The position numbers were made by a program, and so were the translations under genes. The notes beneath the pieces were generated by a model. It had not been told where the DNA came from and ran no database searches. It was given only the letters and a program-made list of their open reading frames with translations. From positions 92,690,001 to 92,754,000 of the forward strand of contig NC_042999.1 of NCBI RefSeq assembly GCF_006345805.1: DNA of 64,000 nucleotides, written 5' to 3'. Shown here one piece after another: positions 38,453 through 51,661 of the stretch. Position 1 is the first letter of the stretch. The number at the start of each line of letters is the position of its first letter. This stretch comes from Octopus sinensis. Its lineage: Eukaryota.

Positions 38453-38509
38453 CTATCTATCTATCTATCTATCTAATCTGTGAAGATTTTAGAACATTTA
38501 TAAATAGAA

Positions 38510-38557
38510 GGTCATACAGCTGTTTCCAGGATATTTATTATATCCCTTCGTCGGAGG
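38510..38557 (-). ncRNA. Degenerate PLE-type hammerhead ribozyme relic
   Basis: rc: cct-CCGACGA-a-gggatat-aataa-atatcct-g-GAAA-cagctg-TA. Stem II of 6-7 bp, 8-bp palindromic stem III ACAGCTGT, two C/T changes in the core. Confidence 0.55.
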
Positions 38558-39014
38558 CGGTGTAAGAAAATGGTTAAACAATGGTTAATTTAGATAAGAT
38601 ATGAAATAGAGAGTGAGGTTGAGGAATGAAAATAGACGTGAGATATGCAGGTATATTGTATTTATAGATCCATTATTTAGGCAGAATGGTATACATATAA
38701 GATTCCAATACCTTGTGTGTAAAATCCAATAGCATTTAAACTTGGCCATTCCAAGTATAGAGTTTGTACACAGTACTATTAAATAAAGGGTTTTATTTAA
38801 AGTGAACTACAAGTAGGGAATGCATTTGTAAGGTCAAATCGAAAACAAGAAGAGAGAAATAAAGAGAGGAATATATATACACATGCTGATATATGACCTA
38901 CGTTGGACTCCTTATACGCATAATCACCGAACGTGGAGCTTAACAATGGTCTATCCACAGCACTTAGTATCACCTGACACCTTTGGGTCTTATTGACACC
39001 ATTACCTCTCATAA

Positions 39015-39052
<38 letters not shown>

Positions 39053-39229
39053 GATACGTGCATATAAATACAATGATAAAAAATAAAAGGAAATGAGTTA
39101 AAAAGTAGTAAAGCGAGGGAGAATGATTCCTTAGAAACTTAACATATACATATACTTATGTATTGTGCATGTGTGAGTGTGTATGTGTGTATGCATGTAT
39201 GTACATATATATGTACTTATGTATGTATG

Positions 39230-39275
<46 letters not shown>

Positions 39276-39294
39276 CATACATCTATATATATAT

Positions 39295-39336
<42 letters not shown>

Positions 39337-39538
39337 GTATATATATATATGTATGTATGTATACATCTATATCTATATATATATATATATATGTGTATAT
39401 ATATTATATATATATAGGTATATATATACACATATATATATATATATATTATATATATATATATTATATATATATATATACTCTCTCTCTCTTTCTATAT
39501 ATATATACACGTGCTGAGTGGGTGCGTGTGTGTATGTA

Positions 39539-39579
<41 letters not shown>

Positions 39580-39970
39580 AAGACAGAGAGAGTTGTAGTA
39601 CTGAGATAGTGAATAGGAAAGAAGAAACCAAAAAATGTGTGCGTGTGAAAACAGTAACAAAAACGAGCATTAGCCAAAAGAAAATGGTTGAATTCATAGT
39701 GGGAAGAAGGATATTAAAATTCTACGAATGTTTTGCTGTCTAACAGAAGATATAATACAATCACATGACTTGTTTTCTTTGTGTGTAGGTTACAAGTTCA
39801 ATCGGGATACTTTCCACTGACTTAACATGATGTTAAATTACATTCGCCAATAGTGTAGCTGACAACTGAAGCGATCCATGACATATTTTCAGAGTCTAGA
39901 ACCTACGAGATAAACAAAATGGAACAATGTGAGTTTACGCATATGTAAATCGATACTTACATATATGCAA

Positions 39971-40020
<50 letters not shown>

Positions 40021-40244
40021 ATGTATACATAAAAATATTACATACATATATGCATACGTAAACACGTATGCATGTTTCAATATACATATATGTACATATG
40101 TGTTGTCGTATGCACATGGATATCTATGTATGCATGTAAGTATGTACGTACGTACGTGTGTATGTATGCACATTTTTTATGTATGTGTGCTATGTATATA
40201 TGTATGTGTGTGTATGTATATATACATATATGCATACACAGTTT

Positions 40245-40287
<43 letters not shown>

Positions 40288-40290
40288 TAT

Positions 40291-40509
40291 ATTTATTCCT
40301 TTATTGTTTTATTTGTTTCAGTCATTTGGCTGCGGCCATGCTGGAGCAACGCCTTTAGTGGAACAGATCGACCGCAAATCTTATTCTTTGTAAGCCTAGT
40401 ACTTATTCTATCGGAACTTTTGCCGAACCGCTAGGTTACGCGGACGAAAACACACAAAGATCGGTTGTCAAGCGATGGTGGCTGTGACAAACACAGACAC
40501 AAACATATG

Positions 40510-40540
<31 letters not shown>

Positions 40541-40740
40541 ACACACACACACACACAAACATATACATATATACGACGGGCTTGTTTCGGTTTCCGTCTA
40601 CCAAATCCACTCACACACCTTTGGTTGGCCCGAGGCTAACAATAGAAGACACTTGCCCAAGTTGCCGCGCAGTAGGACTGACCCTGGAACCATGTGGTCG
40701 GTAAGCAAGCTACTTACCATACGGTCACTCCTGCGCCTAT
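40291..40740 (-). mobile_element. Full-length SINE family A
   Basis: Colinear with 12124-12527 over its whole length, including the internal (CA)n. Confidence 0.92.
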
Positions 40741-41257
40741 GCATATAATTCGGAAAAAAAAATTTAATAAAATTTGGCTTATGCATTGACTTAAATGCAT
40801 ATGTTTCTAAATATAAAAGGTTAGTTGAGTGAGAGGTTAAAATAACCGTCTAACGGATAAAAGTATCCAAAATACTACTAGTATATTACTTATATTTAAA
40901 CATGGGCAAAAATGTTATGCTCATAAACTATAGGTAAAGACAAGGATAAATAGGAGTTTATCAGGAATCAAAATTTAAGGAAACAGAAAATGGAGATAAC
41001 AGCCAGGAAAAACAATTGCTTTGCATCAATAATAATAATAATTGATGGAAATAAATAAAGAATAAATAACAAATAAATAAATATTAAATAAATAAATTAT
41101 AAACTATTAATAAATAATAATTTATGGAAATCAATTGTTGTTTATCAATGTTATCTTCATTTTCTGTTTCTTTATTTCTAAATATATGCATGTCTGTGTA
41201 TACATATATATATATACATCAGTCCATCCATCCACACACACACACCCACACACACAC

Positions 41258-41311
<54 letters not shown>

Positions 41312-41353
41312 ACATATACATATATATATATATATATATAATATATATATTAC

Positions 41354-41426
<73 letters not shown>

Positions 41427-41488
41427 TACATATATACATACATATATACATATACACACGCATATACATACATACATATACACACACA

Positions 41489-41935
41489 TACGAGGTCTGA
41501 TCGATAAGTGTCTGGACTGTTGCCATAGTAACGAAGCTAAAGCAAGCACAGTAAAGCCGCTTGGCTCAGACTAACCATGACCTCTGTTATGAATTTGTAC
41601 GAAAATCTTAACATTCTTCCTCACTTCTGCTGCTTATAGCAGTGCTTGGAAGGAACGTGTGAAGCGTGTAATCATCGCATTGCTCATTGCAGAGAAATAT
41701 GTTAAAGCAGTGTCTACCCAAAGGCCAACACAAAGTTGCAGAAAGTGCATGGAGAGGAGTGTTTGAGCCGCACGCAAGTGTACGAGTGGTTCAGACGTTT
41801 CAAAGATGGCCGAAAAAATGTCAATATAGACGAACGTTCTGGGAGAGCCGCAACCAGCAGAACTAAGAAAAACATCACAGATGTGCATGCAGCTGTGAGG
41901 GGAAATCATCGAATCACCATCCGATTTTTATCAGA
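41489..41935 (+). mobile_element. Mariner transposon 5' end: left TIR and transposase N-terminal HTH fragment
   Basis: TACGAGGTCTGATCGATAAG terminus. QKVHGEECLSRTQVYEWFRRFKDGRKNVNIDERSGRAATS..NHRITIR is typical of a mariner N-terminus. Confidence 0.9.
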
Positions 41936-42033
41936 GAATGTGCAGAAATAAAGTGTGATCCCATATGGTGCATATGGCATATGCTTCTCAAACCTAAGAT
42001 ATTACTCTTGCTAGACACACTAACAGTTGAGAC

Positions 42034-42349
42034 CAGTGGCTCCCAACTGGGTTCCATAAAAGAGTGTTGGAGTTAACATGAACAAAATAGTATTTTAGGC
42101 TCACAGCATTCTTTTTAGAGTACATGAAATAATTTTGCTATAAATTTATTGCAAGAAACATCTAGGTTTTTTTCTCTAAAATTTTAAGTAGTTCAATCTA
42201 CTCAAATGAATGTATCATGAACAGAGTAGGTATTTTGGAAGAAGTATCTATAAAACTAGTTTTTAAACATCAGATGGTTATGAGGGTCCACCAGAATAAA
42301 ATAGTAATTAAAGAAGACCATAGATAAAATAAATGCTTGAGAAGCACTT
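42034..42349. mobile_element. hAT-like non-autonomous element
   Basis: CAGTGGCTCCCAAC ... GCTTGAGAAGCACT termini, with flanks gttgagac / tttagac resembling an 8-bp NTCTAGAN-type TSD. Confidence 0.55.
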
Positions 42350-42833
42350 TAGACTACGTATATTAGGATGTAATTTGTTTAATTAGCAAATACTTATTCA
42401 CCAAGTACCTTCTGTACATATTTTCTCTTCTCTGCTACATTTAGCACAGCAATAAAAATTTATGTTCTTTGTAACTTCTTTTCTGGATAGTCCATCCTCC
42501 ACGACACACCCAATACAGTCTCATTTCTTCTAGTCGTAATTCAGATTCTCAATATTAAAACATTTTCCGATACTTTATCCTCAGAAGGCAACCACCTAGA
42601 ATTTCCGCTCTAACACGTCTTTGTTTTGTTTTTTTCTTATACAGGCATCGATCTTTAGAAGTTGAAACTGATCATCAACCTCATCGATCTTTCTTGCGTG
42701 GGCCAACATATAAAAAAATCATTTATAACTCTCTCATCACTACATGTCTCGATCATTCTCTATCTACCTATCAGTTTGTGTCTGTTTACCTATCTATATA
42801 TAGTTATAAATTTATATATATATATATAGGTTT

Positions 42834-42866
<33 letters not shown>

Positions 42867-43197
42867 GTGTGTGTATTCATCTATGCATACACAGATACAC
42901 ACAGACATACACACATATGCATGGATGTATGTGAAGTATAGCTTGTGTTTTTGTTTGCATGTAAGTTTGTGTGCTGTGTGCGTGTGTGTGTGTGTTTGTG
43001 TGTGCTCGTGCATGTGAGTGTGCACCGATTTGTCTATGTGTCTGCATTCGTATACAAGTGTCATGTGAATGAGAAAAGAGCCAGTCAGCTATTTTCTATT
43101 ATGCTCTGTCTGCAATATCTGATTGGGTATATTGAATGTTTCGGATGATATGGAGAACAATAGAGTAGTAGAATAGAATCTAGATTTGGTATACTAC

Positions 43198-43350
43198 ACC
43201 ACCACCACCACCACCACCACCACCACCACCACCACCACCACCACCACCACCACCACTACCACCACCACCACTACCACCACCAACACCACCAACACCACTA
43301 CCACCACCATCACCATCACCACTACTACCTCCACTGTCACTACCACCATC
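43198..43350. repeat. (ACC)n trinucleotide tract
   Basis: Directly visible. It generates the poly-T, poly-G and poly-V ORFs. Confidence 0.95.
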
Positions 43351-46247
43351 AAAAACAAAAACAACAGCACACAAAAGGAAATACATAAGCGATGGAAGAA
43401 GAAATACAAGAACAAACAATATAGAGAAGAAAAAAATAAAAGAATCTAGACAGGCACATACACACAAACACAGACTGACATTGCCACTCACAGACAAATA
43501 CAGACGGACATATAGTGTAATATGCATGTACGTCTCTTTCTCTCCCTCTTTATATCAATGTATATAAATATGTGTGTGTGTGCGTATGCGTATGTGTGTT
43601 TGTGTGTGTGAGTGTGTGCGAGTGTGTGCGTGAGTATGCGTGTATTTTATGTGTATATGTACATGTGTATACACACATAAATATGTATTTCCAATTGTAT
43701 CTATGTCTGCATGTGAGTATATTCAAGTGTGCGTGAGTGTTTGTCCAGTCTTAATATATACGTATATGCAGTTTGAACATTTCTCCATTGCACGGTCCAT
43801 AAGCCAAATGCAATGAATATAAATAAAGTTAACCGTCGAAATATTTCTTATTGGATAGTGGATTGAATTATCTCTACTTTTCTTTTACTGGTTGAAATTG
43901 CTCGATTGGGGCCATGCTGGGGCAACGCCATCAAGTGTATAGTGGATTTTATCGACACCATTACTTGTAAGCTGGTACTTATCGGAAATGACAAAGCGTA
44001 AACTTACTAGGAGAGAAAATGCAGTCGGAAAATAAAAAGATCGATATCAATCTTGTCAGCATTCGACGCTGTTTCTATCATCCATCAGCCATATGTATAA
44101 GACTTCTTCAGTGAGTCAACGGCTGGACCTCTATCCGGAAGTTTGAACATTTAGGGAAAAAATAAAAGAGAAAAAAAAAAACAAAAATCAAAAACAAAAT
44201 CCTGTTAAATTCCAAACTTCACAGCGGCACCTCCGCAAAAGACGAAACAAAGACAAAGGAAACCTGAAATAAAATGGTTCTGCATACACTATGCCTGAAC
44301 TCAGCTGATCGTGGCCAGACTGGTTTTGATTGTACAGTTTATTGATAAGAGATGACCTGAGTAACAAAACTAATTACAATACTTTAGTTTGTAGTATTTC
44401 AGACTGTCGTGTTGTTATCTCTGTATTATAAATTCACCCCGGAAGCAGGTCTTGAATTAGCGTATAGCTAACGACGTAGATTTTCTGATCAATATTCAAA
44501 ATTCCTGTCATGTGATGAATAGAAAAAAGTCTGGAATGTTGAAAACTGAACCCTACTTAGTTTTATCTACAATGCATTTTCGTTTCTGAGAACAGTTTTG
44601 GCCTAATACGTACAGGATGATGCATTACCTTATCCAGAATTCAACCGGATTGAATTTCCATTATACATACTCTAACGATATGCGAACTTTCCACTTATAT
44701 ATATATTATAATAAGCTTTAAATTTTCATCTCCTAATTCACATACCTATACACTTACCTAAACACTTAGACATAAGAAATATTCCTTAAAAAAACGCATA
44801 CACACTGTAACACACCCATATAGATACAAACACATGCATAAATTCTTCCAGTTTCTTTTTCTTGGGTGTGAAAGCTTATAAGCTCATTTATTTTCGTCAG
44901 TGATCATCTCATATTCCTCTTGTATTGTGTTTGGAGAGAAGGTCAATAGTCGAAATCTGCTGATAAAATGATCCTCTTCACGAATAGTTGAACTCTGAAC
45001 TTGTCTGTATTTCTGTTCAGGGTAAATCAAATACTCTTTGAATGTTTTTGTCGATTATTACTTTTATGTACTTAAATTTTTCACCATATTTTGTGCCCTC
45101 TAATTCTGTCTCAAACGAAACATCATTAAACGAAACGAGCAATATTAATCAATGACTTATATATTATATTTTTCCGAACAGTAGACACGACAGCTTCGGA
45201 TGTTCCAGTTGCGTTAGACTTCCTTGGTTAAACATAGTTTTACTGTATTTGCTTTGGTGAGGATTAAGAGAATTATTGAGTCGATACACAGCACTGCAAA
45301 TTAATAACTGAAGTTGTAATCGAGGTTAAATCCGCACCAGTGTGTTTATTAAGATGTAGTTAAAATGAGAACAAACTCAAGAAGCAAAGAGAAACTAGAA
45401 CGAGAGCATTGAGAGTAAAAAATAAAGATTCAGCCAGTTGCTTTCATCAAGACAGATGGAAGGGAAGTGAAATAAAGATGGAATGAACTAAAACTGAGTC
45501 ATTAAACCACGATGCTTGATAGGTAGATACAAGTGGATCCATGAAGTTATTTTTCAATATAGAAGAGGGAAATAAGGAAAAATGGGACAAACATAGCAGT
45601 CTGTAATGAAATCAAGTAAATATGTGACATGCTTACGAAAATGTAAAGAAGCATATACAAATACCTACATAAACACATTTACGCATATATTATTTAAAAC
45701 TTTCGGCACAAACTTTTCTTACGAGCCACAACGAAATTTAAGCATGCTGGTAATTACTTAGTTTTCCTCTTAACTCTTTGGCTTCAAGTTTAAAGGAGTT
45801 TTAATTCTCGGTTCTAGATTTCTTATAAATATGCGTTATGTTTTTTGATGGAAGCCTTTTATACGTGCTAACCACTATGCTATAAAAATATCTTGTTTTA
45901 TCAGGGGAAGCATGCAACTTATCCTATCTGTGTCGATTTATGGAAAGTTCATTGGATTTGCGCTGAAAACTGATGTGCACTTCTCAGAACTTTATTTTAT
46001 GTAAGAGGTTTAAAAGATTCTCTTCATATCGTCAATTCCCATTGTTATACGGTGGATTTTCGTGTATTCTAAGGCCAAATTTTTCCTCTTTTTGACACCC
46101 ATGTTCCTCATTTTCGTAAAGTGGTTCCCACCACTTCAAACTTCTATGCTTCCGTTTTCACCAGCAAACATTTCACATAATACTTCGACGGAATTGTAAT
46201 GTGTATATAAGTATGTATTTATGTAATATTCATGTATGCATGTATGC

Positions 46248-46334
<87 letters not shown>

Positions 46335-46681
46335 CGTCTGTCTGTCCGTCTGTCTGTCTGTCTGTCTATCTGTCCACACCTCCCTCAAAACTTTCTATTC
46401 CAGTTTGTAATTATTATAATCTGTTAATCAATTTAGTGTCGTTGATGTGTGATTTTCTTGTATCTTATCTCTATATAAAGCTGAAAATAGCGGTGTTAAG
46501 ACTTGATACTTGTGTTTTTCATACCATGCTTTTTTTCCATCTAGCTGAACATAGCACCTGTGCCCCTAGCGATGCTTTAAAAGATTAACATCTGTATGTG
46601 TTTCTTTATTTTGCTTGTCCTTTTTTTCTTTCTTTTCGGCAGCTCCATCTCTCACACTTTCTATGTTTTTCTCTGTCACTC

Positions 46682-46723
<42 letters not shown>

Positions 46724-47535
46724 TTCCTTTTTTCCTTCCTTTCTTTCTTTCATTTATTCTTTCTTTCATTTTGTCATTCTAATTCACTATTCTCGCTGCA
46801 TTCATACATGCATTTTTTAAGAGACAAGATCAAAGTGCCGACTAAGCCAAACACATCTTATCTAATCCCCTACCAACTTTGACAATAAGTATTATTGCTT
46901 TCTGGCGTCGGGCCGACTTTAGCTCGCTCCCAACACAACTTTCCCTAAAGTTTATTTTGAATTCATTCAGTTGCGATGAAGTTAGACAATATCATTCTCA
47001 GACTGTGTTTACAGGTTCCCTACCTCAGTAAATATATGTTCATTATGCATGCTTAATATTCAACTGTTATCTATTTCAGCTATGTGTAACGAGGCTTAGC
47101 TCTACATTCGCATTTGACTGTGTGTGCAGTCGAACACGTACATATTTAACGAAGAATTTGTGCGTGTGAACGTTTATGTGCGACCTTCTATGTGTACATA
47201 CAATTTTGAGTATCTCTCTATATGCATGTCAAATCATTAATAGTTGCTACTATTAATATATAAGCCACTAAAACCTGGATTACTCTGAAGTCGTCCAACA
47301 GGAGTGATGGTTAGTGCAAGTTATCCAACCGAAAAAAAAAGAAAAAAAATCTGACAAACTGATGAATAAAATTCAGGAAGAATCAAAAACTAACAAAGAT
47401 GGACTGGGACACAACGGTGGAGCGCTTATGTTCCTCACAATTATGTTCATAGTTACTTACTCTTTCTCCCTGCATAGAAGTATATGTATGTTTCTATAAA
47501 ATATAATATATATAATATAATATAATATTATACAT

Positions 47536-47571
<36 letters not shown>

Positions 47572-47586
47572 CACACACACACACAC

Positions 47587-47662
<76 letters not shown>

Positions 47663-47676
47663 TGTATGTATGTATA

Positions 47677-47789
47677 TTTAACATGGCTCTCGGTTCGTGC
47701 AAACTCTACTGCGATGTTTTAACCCCAAGTGGACATCTGCTCTAGCTGGTTAACGATGCACTGCTACATCCGATAAAACTGCGAGCAGG
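47677..47789. mobile_element. Truncated copy of the foldback element at 49238-49560
   Basis: tttaacatggct..actctactg..ggacat..tagctggttaacgatgca..catccgataaaa..cgagcagg is colinear with 49318-49430. Confidence 0.85.
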
Positions 47790-47892
47790 AAGGCGAGCAC
47801 CTACCATCCCCCAACGACGGAACCAGAAGACCAGTCCTGGTTTCGGGCTATTTTTGGACTCCTCGGTACTGGACACCTCGTCTGCTAGAGAT

Positions 47893-49140
47893 TAATTCTT
47901 TATTACAGGCACAAGGCCAAATTACAGATGGTACATACAAAGATATGCGGGAACATAAAGCACACAAAGGATGAATGTGAAATGAATATATTTACAATGG
48001 AAATGAGTAGGCCATTTCGCTCCCGCTGCGAGATGAAACCAAGTATTCCTTTATCATTTACTTTTGCACAACCTTTAGCCTCGCTCCGAGGTGAAACCGC
48101 AACTTTCCTCTTCGCTTTTACCCTACCGTAATAAACTTTTTAAACCAATGCTCATACACCCCTTACTTATTTCTTTTCCTTTTTTTAACTAAAGGAGAAC
48201 CAAATGTTTGTCACAGTGTTCAAAGAAAAACTTTAGGAAACCTGTTCATTTAACAGTATCAAAATTTACCTTATTTTTCCCTTTTTTTCCTCTAAAAGGT
48301 TCAAACAATCATTTCTCTCAGTTGCAGTCTTTACAAAATTATAATGACTTACCATGTCTATCTCTCACACTGTCTTTCAATTTTGCACTCCTTCCAAGTT
48401 GGGGCGCTCTATCTCAATATAATTTTTCTTTTCGTTTGTGTTTTCCATGTTGTCTCTTTTTGTTTCTATTTTCCTGCTGTTTTATGGGTTCTTGTATTTC
48501 CGTCTATAAGTTTTTGTGTTTCATGTATTTGTGCGTCTGTGTATTCGTTTGACTGCAACTCGACGTGTTTCGTCTGTGTGTCTATGTCTTTAGGTTTCTG
48601 TAATTCTGGGTCGTCTTATTTCTTATTTGCATGACTCTGTCCTTTTAATTCCTTTGCTGGTACTTCCACTGGTAAATTTTCTCCGTTTCTCGTCGAGGGT
48701 TGAGTTTCTTCTTCCATTCCTTTACATTACTTTACTTCCACTGTCGTCGGTGACTTTCTTCTCTCTCTTTTCTTGAGTTTTACCTCCACCAAAATCCTAT
48801 CATATTCTGTTCTCTGCTTCTGCTTTTTTTTTCACCACTATCTCTTCCTGTACACTCTCTTCCACCATTTCTACTGTTGCTCTAGGGCATTTCCTTCTCA
48901 GGTGCCCTCTTTCACCGCATCCGTAACACTTTGGGGGTCTCCCATCCAACATTACTTCTCGGTTTTCACCGTTTGGTAATTCCACAGTTTCCGCCATTTT
49001 GTCGTAATATTCTGGGCTTACGTCGCACATTATTTCAACACCATATCCCATAGATTCTGCGTGTCTCTTCTTTTCTTCCATTATTCACTTCCACTCAACG
49101 ATGATGGCTTCGCACAAAAAATTCCGCTTAGTATTCTTCA
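47893..49140 (-). mobile_element. Second, divergent ORF1-only retroposon (5'-truncated) with CCHC knuckle
   Basis: GYGVEIMCDVSPEYYDKMAETVELPNGENREVMLDGRPPKCYGCGERGHLRRKCP (knuckle 48887-48928), a K/E-rich tail, then 3' UTR ending ccatctgtaatttggccttgtgcctgtaataaagaa. No ORF2. Confidence 0.7.
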
Positions 49141-49237
49141 AAAAAGAAAAAAAAAACAGAGTCTGGTAGAGATGATGACAACTCACTTTTGCACGCAGTA
49201 TATTTATTTCAAGCGAAAACACAGTCGCTGATTTTGC

Positions 49238-49560
49238 AACAAGCAAAAATGATAGTTCTAAAACATCTCGAAGAGATCAACAAAGTAGTTCTACTGACAA
49301 GTACTATTCGTAGCCACTTTAACATGGCTGTCCGTTCAAGCGGACTCTACTGAAATTTTTTAACTCCAAGAGGACATTTCCTATAGCTGGTTAACGATGC
49401 ACAGCTGCATCCGATAAAATTACGAGCAGGGGTTAAAAAAATCGCAGTAGAGTCTGCTCGAATGGACAGCCATGTTAAAGTGGCCACCAATATTACTTGT
49501 CATTACAACTACTGTATTGATCTCTTAGGGAGATTTTAGAACTAGCATTTTTTGCATGTT
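49238..49560. mobile_element. Foldback/MITE with ~125-bp imperfect inverted arms
   Basis: 49238-49364 pairs with 49431-49560 (e.g. ccactttaacatggctgtcc / ggacagccatgttaaagtgg; aagagatcaa / ttgatctctt). Confidence 0.88.
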
Positions 49561-49644
49561 TTATATATATATATATATCTAAAAGCAGGTATGTCGGTAA
49601 ATACATGCATAGTTATATAAATGCATATATATATCTCAATATAC

Positions 49645-49945
49645 ATATACTTCTGCAACAGCCTGGGTTTCAAGGGTCCACAGTTTTTTTAATATTCTGC
49701 CAAAGAGTCTGAGGAACTTGCACAAAGTAGATGTAGCGGTTTTTAAATCAAAGCTGGACATCTTCCTGTCGAGAGTCCCAGATGAACCTACCTCACGGCA
49801 AGAGGTGCAAATGAGAGTAGCTATGTCAAACTCCATTCTTCACCAAATGCCACATATTAGAGGAGGTTCTTCGTAATAACAGTGTAGCACGAAACGGCGG
49901 TGCATCAGCATGGCCGCAGCTCTGAGCTGAAACAAGCAAAAAAAA
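49645..49945 (+). mobile_element. CR1-like LINE 3' end (second family) whose tail matches SINE family A
   Basis: + frame YFCNSLGFKGPQFFNILPKSLRNL..FKSKLDIFLSRVPDEP..SNSILHQM, then ggcggtgcatcagcatggccgcagctctgagctgaaacaagcaaaa. Confidence 0.85.
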
Positions 49946-49953
49946 AAGAATAT

Positions 49954-49991
<38 letters not shown>

Positions 49992-50488
49992 ACATGATAC
50001 ATGTGTGTGTGTGTTTATATATTATAAGTGTATGCATAAATAAATAAATGTATGTGTATATACATTCATATATAGACACACTCAGACATATATATATATA
50101 CATGTATGTATATATAAGCATTTATTTTGCCGAGATATTCACTGACACACACGCACATATACATACAAACTAATTATAAACTGGCACAGGTACATAGAAA
50201 CTAATTATAAACACATGCACACTTACACACCCAAATACACACACTCGCGCGCGTGTGAAAACTTAGATATAGATATATTTGTGTCTGGAAAATAAATCTG
50301 ATATTATGTGCTAATTATTTTTCAAATTTCCCACATGAAGCCAATAGATATTAAAATATAATGGAAGCAGAATGATTTGTAAACACTCACCAATTCTACA
50401 AAATGACGAAATATTACAAATTGCTGAAAGACATTAACCGCTAGAAAATAACAGTGTGTTTATAGTCAGAATGGAAACACACATGTGC

Positions 50489-50581
<93 letters not shown>

Positions 50582-50766
50582 CACATATATACAGACCCAT
50601 ACATATCGATGTACTTTTGCATACATATATACATACATGTGCGTGTGTGTGTGTGTATCTATCTATATATATATATACATATATACATATATATTATCGT
50701 ATATACATATAAAAATCCATCCATATATGCATATATATATATGTATGTACACATACACACACATAC

Positions 50767-50797
<31 letters not shown>

Positions 50798-51269
50798 TGC
50801 GTATGTAGTTGTGCTTGTGTGTATACACACATGCACGCACACAAACATGTATATACATACATACACATGTGTGTGTCTGTGTTTATAAGTATATTGTCTG
50901 CGGGTGTTTATGCTTATCCACTTGTTTCCTTACACACAACAGACAAAACGAAAAAGGAAAAATATAAACAAAATCATTATGTAATTTAGTTTCCTTACAT
51001 TTCTAAGGTAATAACGATAGCAGTATTCACATATGCGTAGAAATAAAGAACACGCAAAAAATACTTTGAGTATATGGTTAACACCATGATACCAGTAGTC
51101 AATTAAGGACATCTATAACAGACATTCAAGGATGTGATTCGGTAATCATACCGCCTAGGTGCTATTGGAGTAGATCTGAGTATTCAGATGAAAGGCATTT
51201 GTTTCACCTGTCGTTTCGTCGGTCCTTTGTCTTCTTATTTTTTTTTTTTTTAATTGCCAACATAGTTAT

Positions 51270-51620
51270 AGGGTGCAACGTGACTCTGTGGTCAGAAGTT
51301 TACTTTCTAACCACATGGTTCCGAGTTCAGTCTCACTGCGTGGCACCTTGGGCAAGCGTCTTCTACTACTACTACCATTGCCTTGGCCCGACCAAAGGTT
51401 TGGGGTGGATTTGGAAAAGGGAAACTGAAAGAAGTCTCTCTCTCTCTCTCTCTCTCTCTATGTGCGCACGCACGTATTTTTGTGTCTGATTTTTTTTCCT
51501 CTACCTTCGTTTGATATCCGGTGTTGATGAGTCTACGTCCTCGTAAACTAGCGGTTCGGCAACATATGCTGTTAGAATAAGTAGAAGGCTTTAAGAAAAA
51601 CAGTACTGGAGTCGACGAAC
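51270..51620 (+). mobile_element. SINE family A, degenerate near full length
   Basis: aaccacatggttccgagttcagtctcactgcgtggcaccttgggcaagcg..ctagcggttcggcaa..agaataagta. Confidence 0.85.
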
Positions 51621-51661
51621 GTAAAAGAAAGAGAAAATAGAAGGCTTCTGATTATGCAGAA

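Noticed and set aside
43180-43527. Poly-Gly, poly-Thr and poly-Val ORFs
   Set aside because: Pure (ACC)n tract with no splice or start support.
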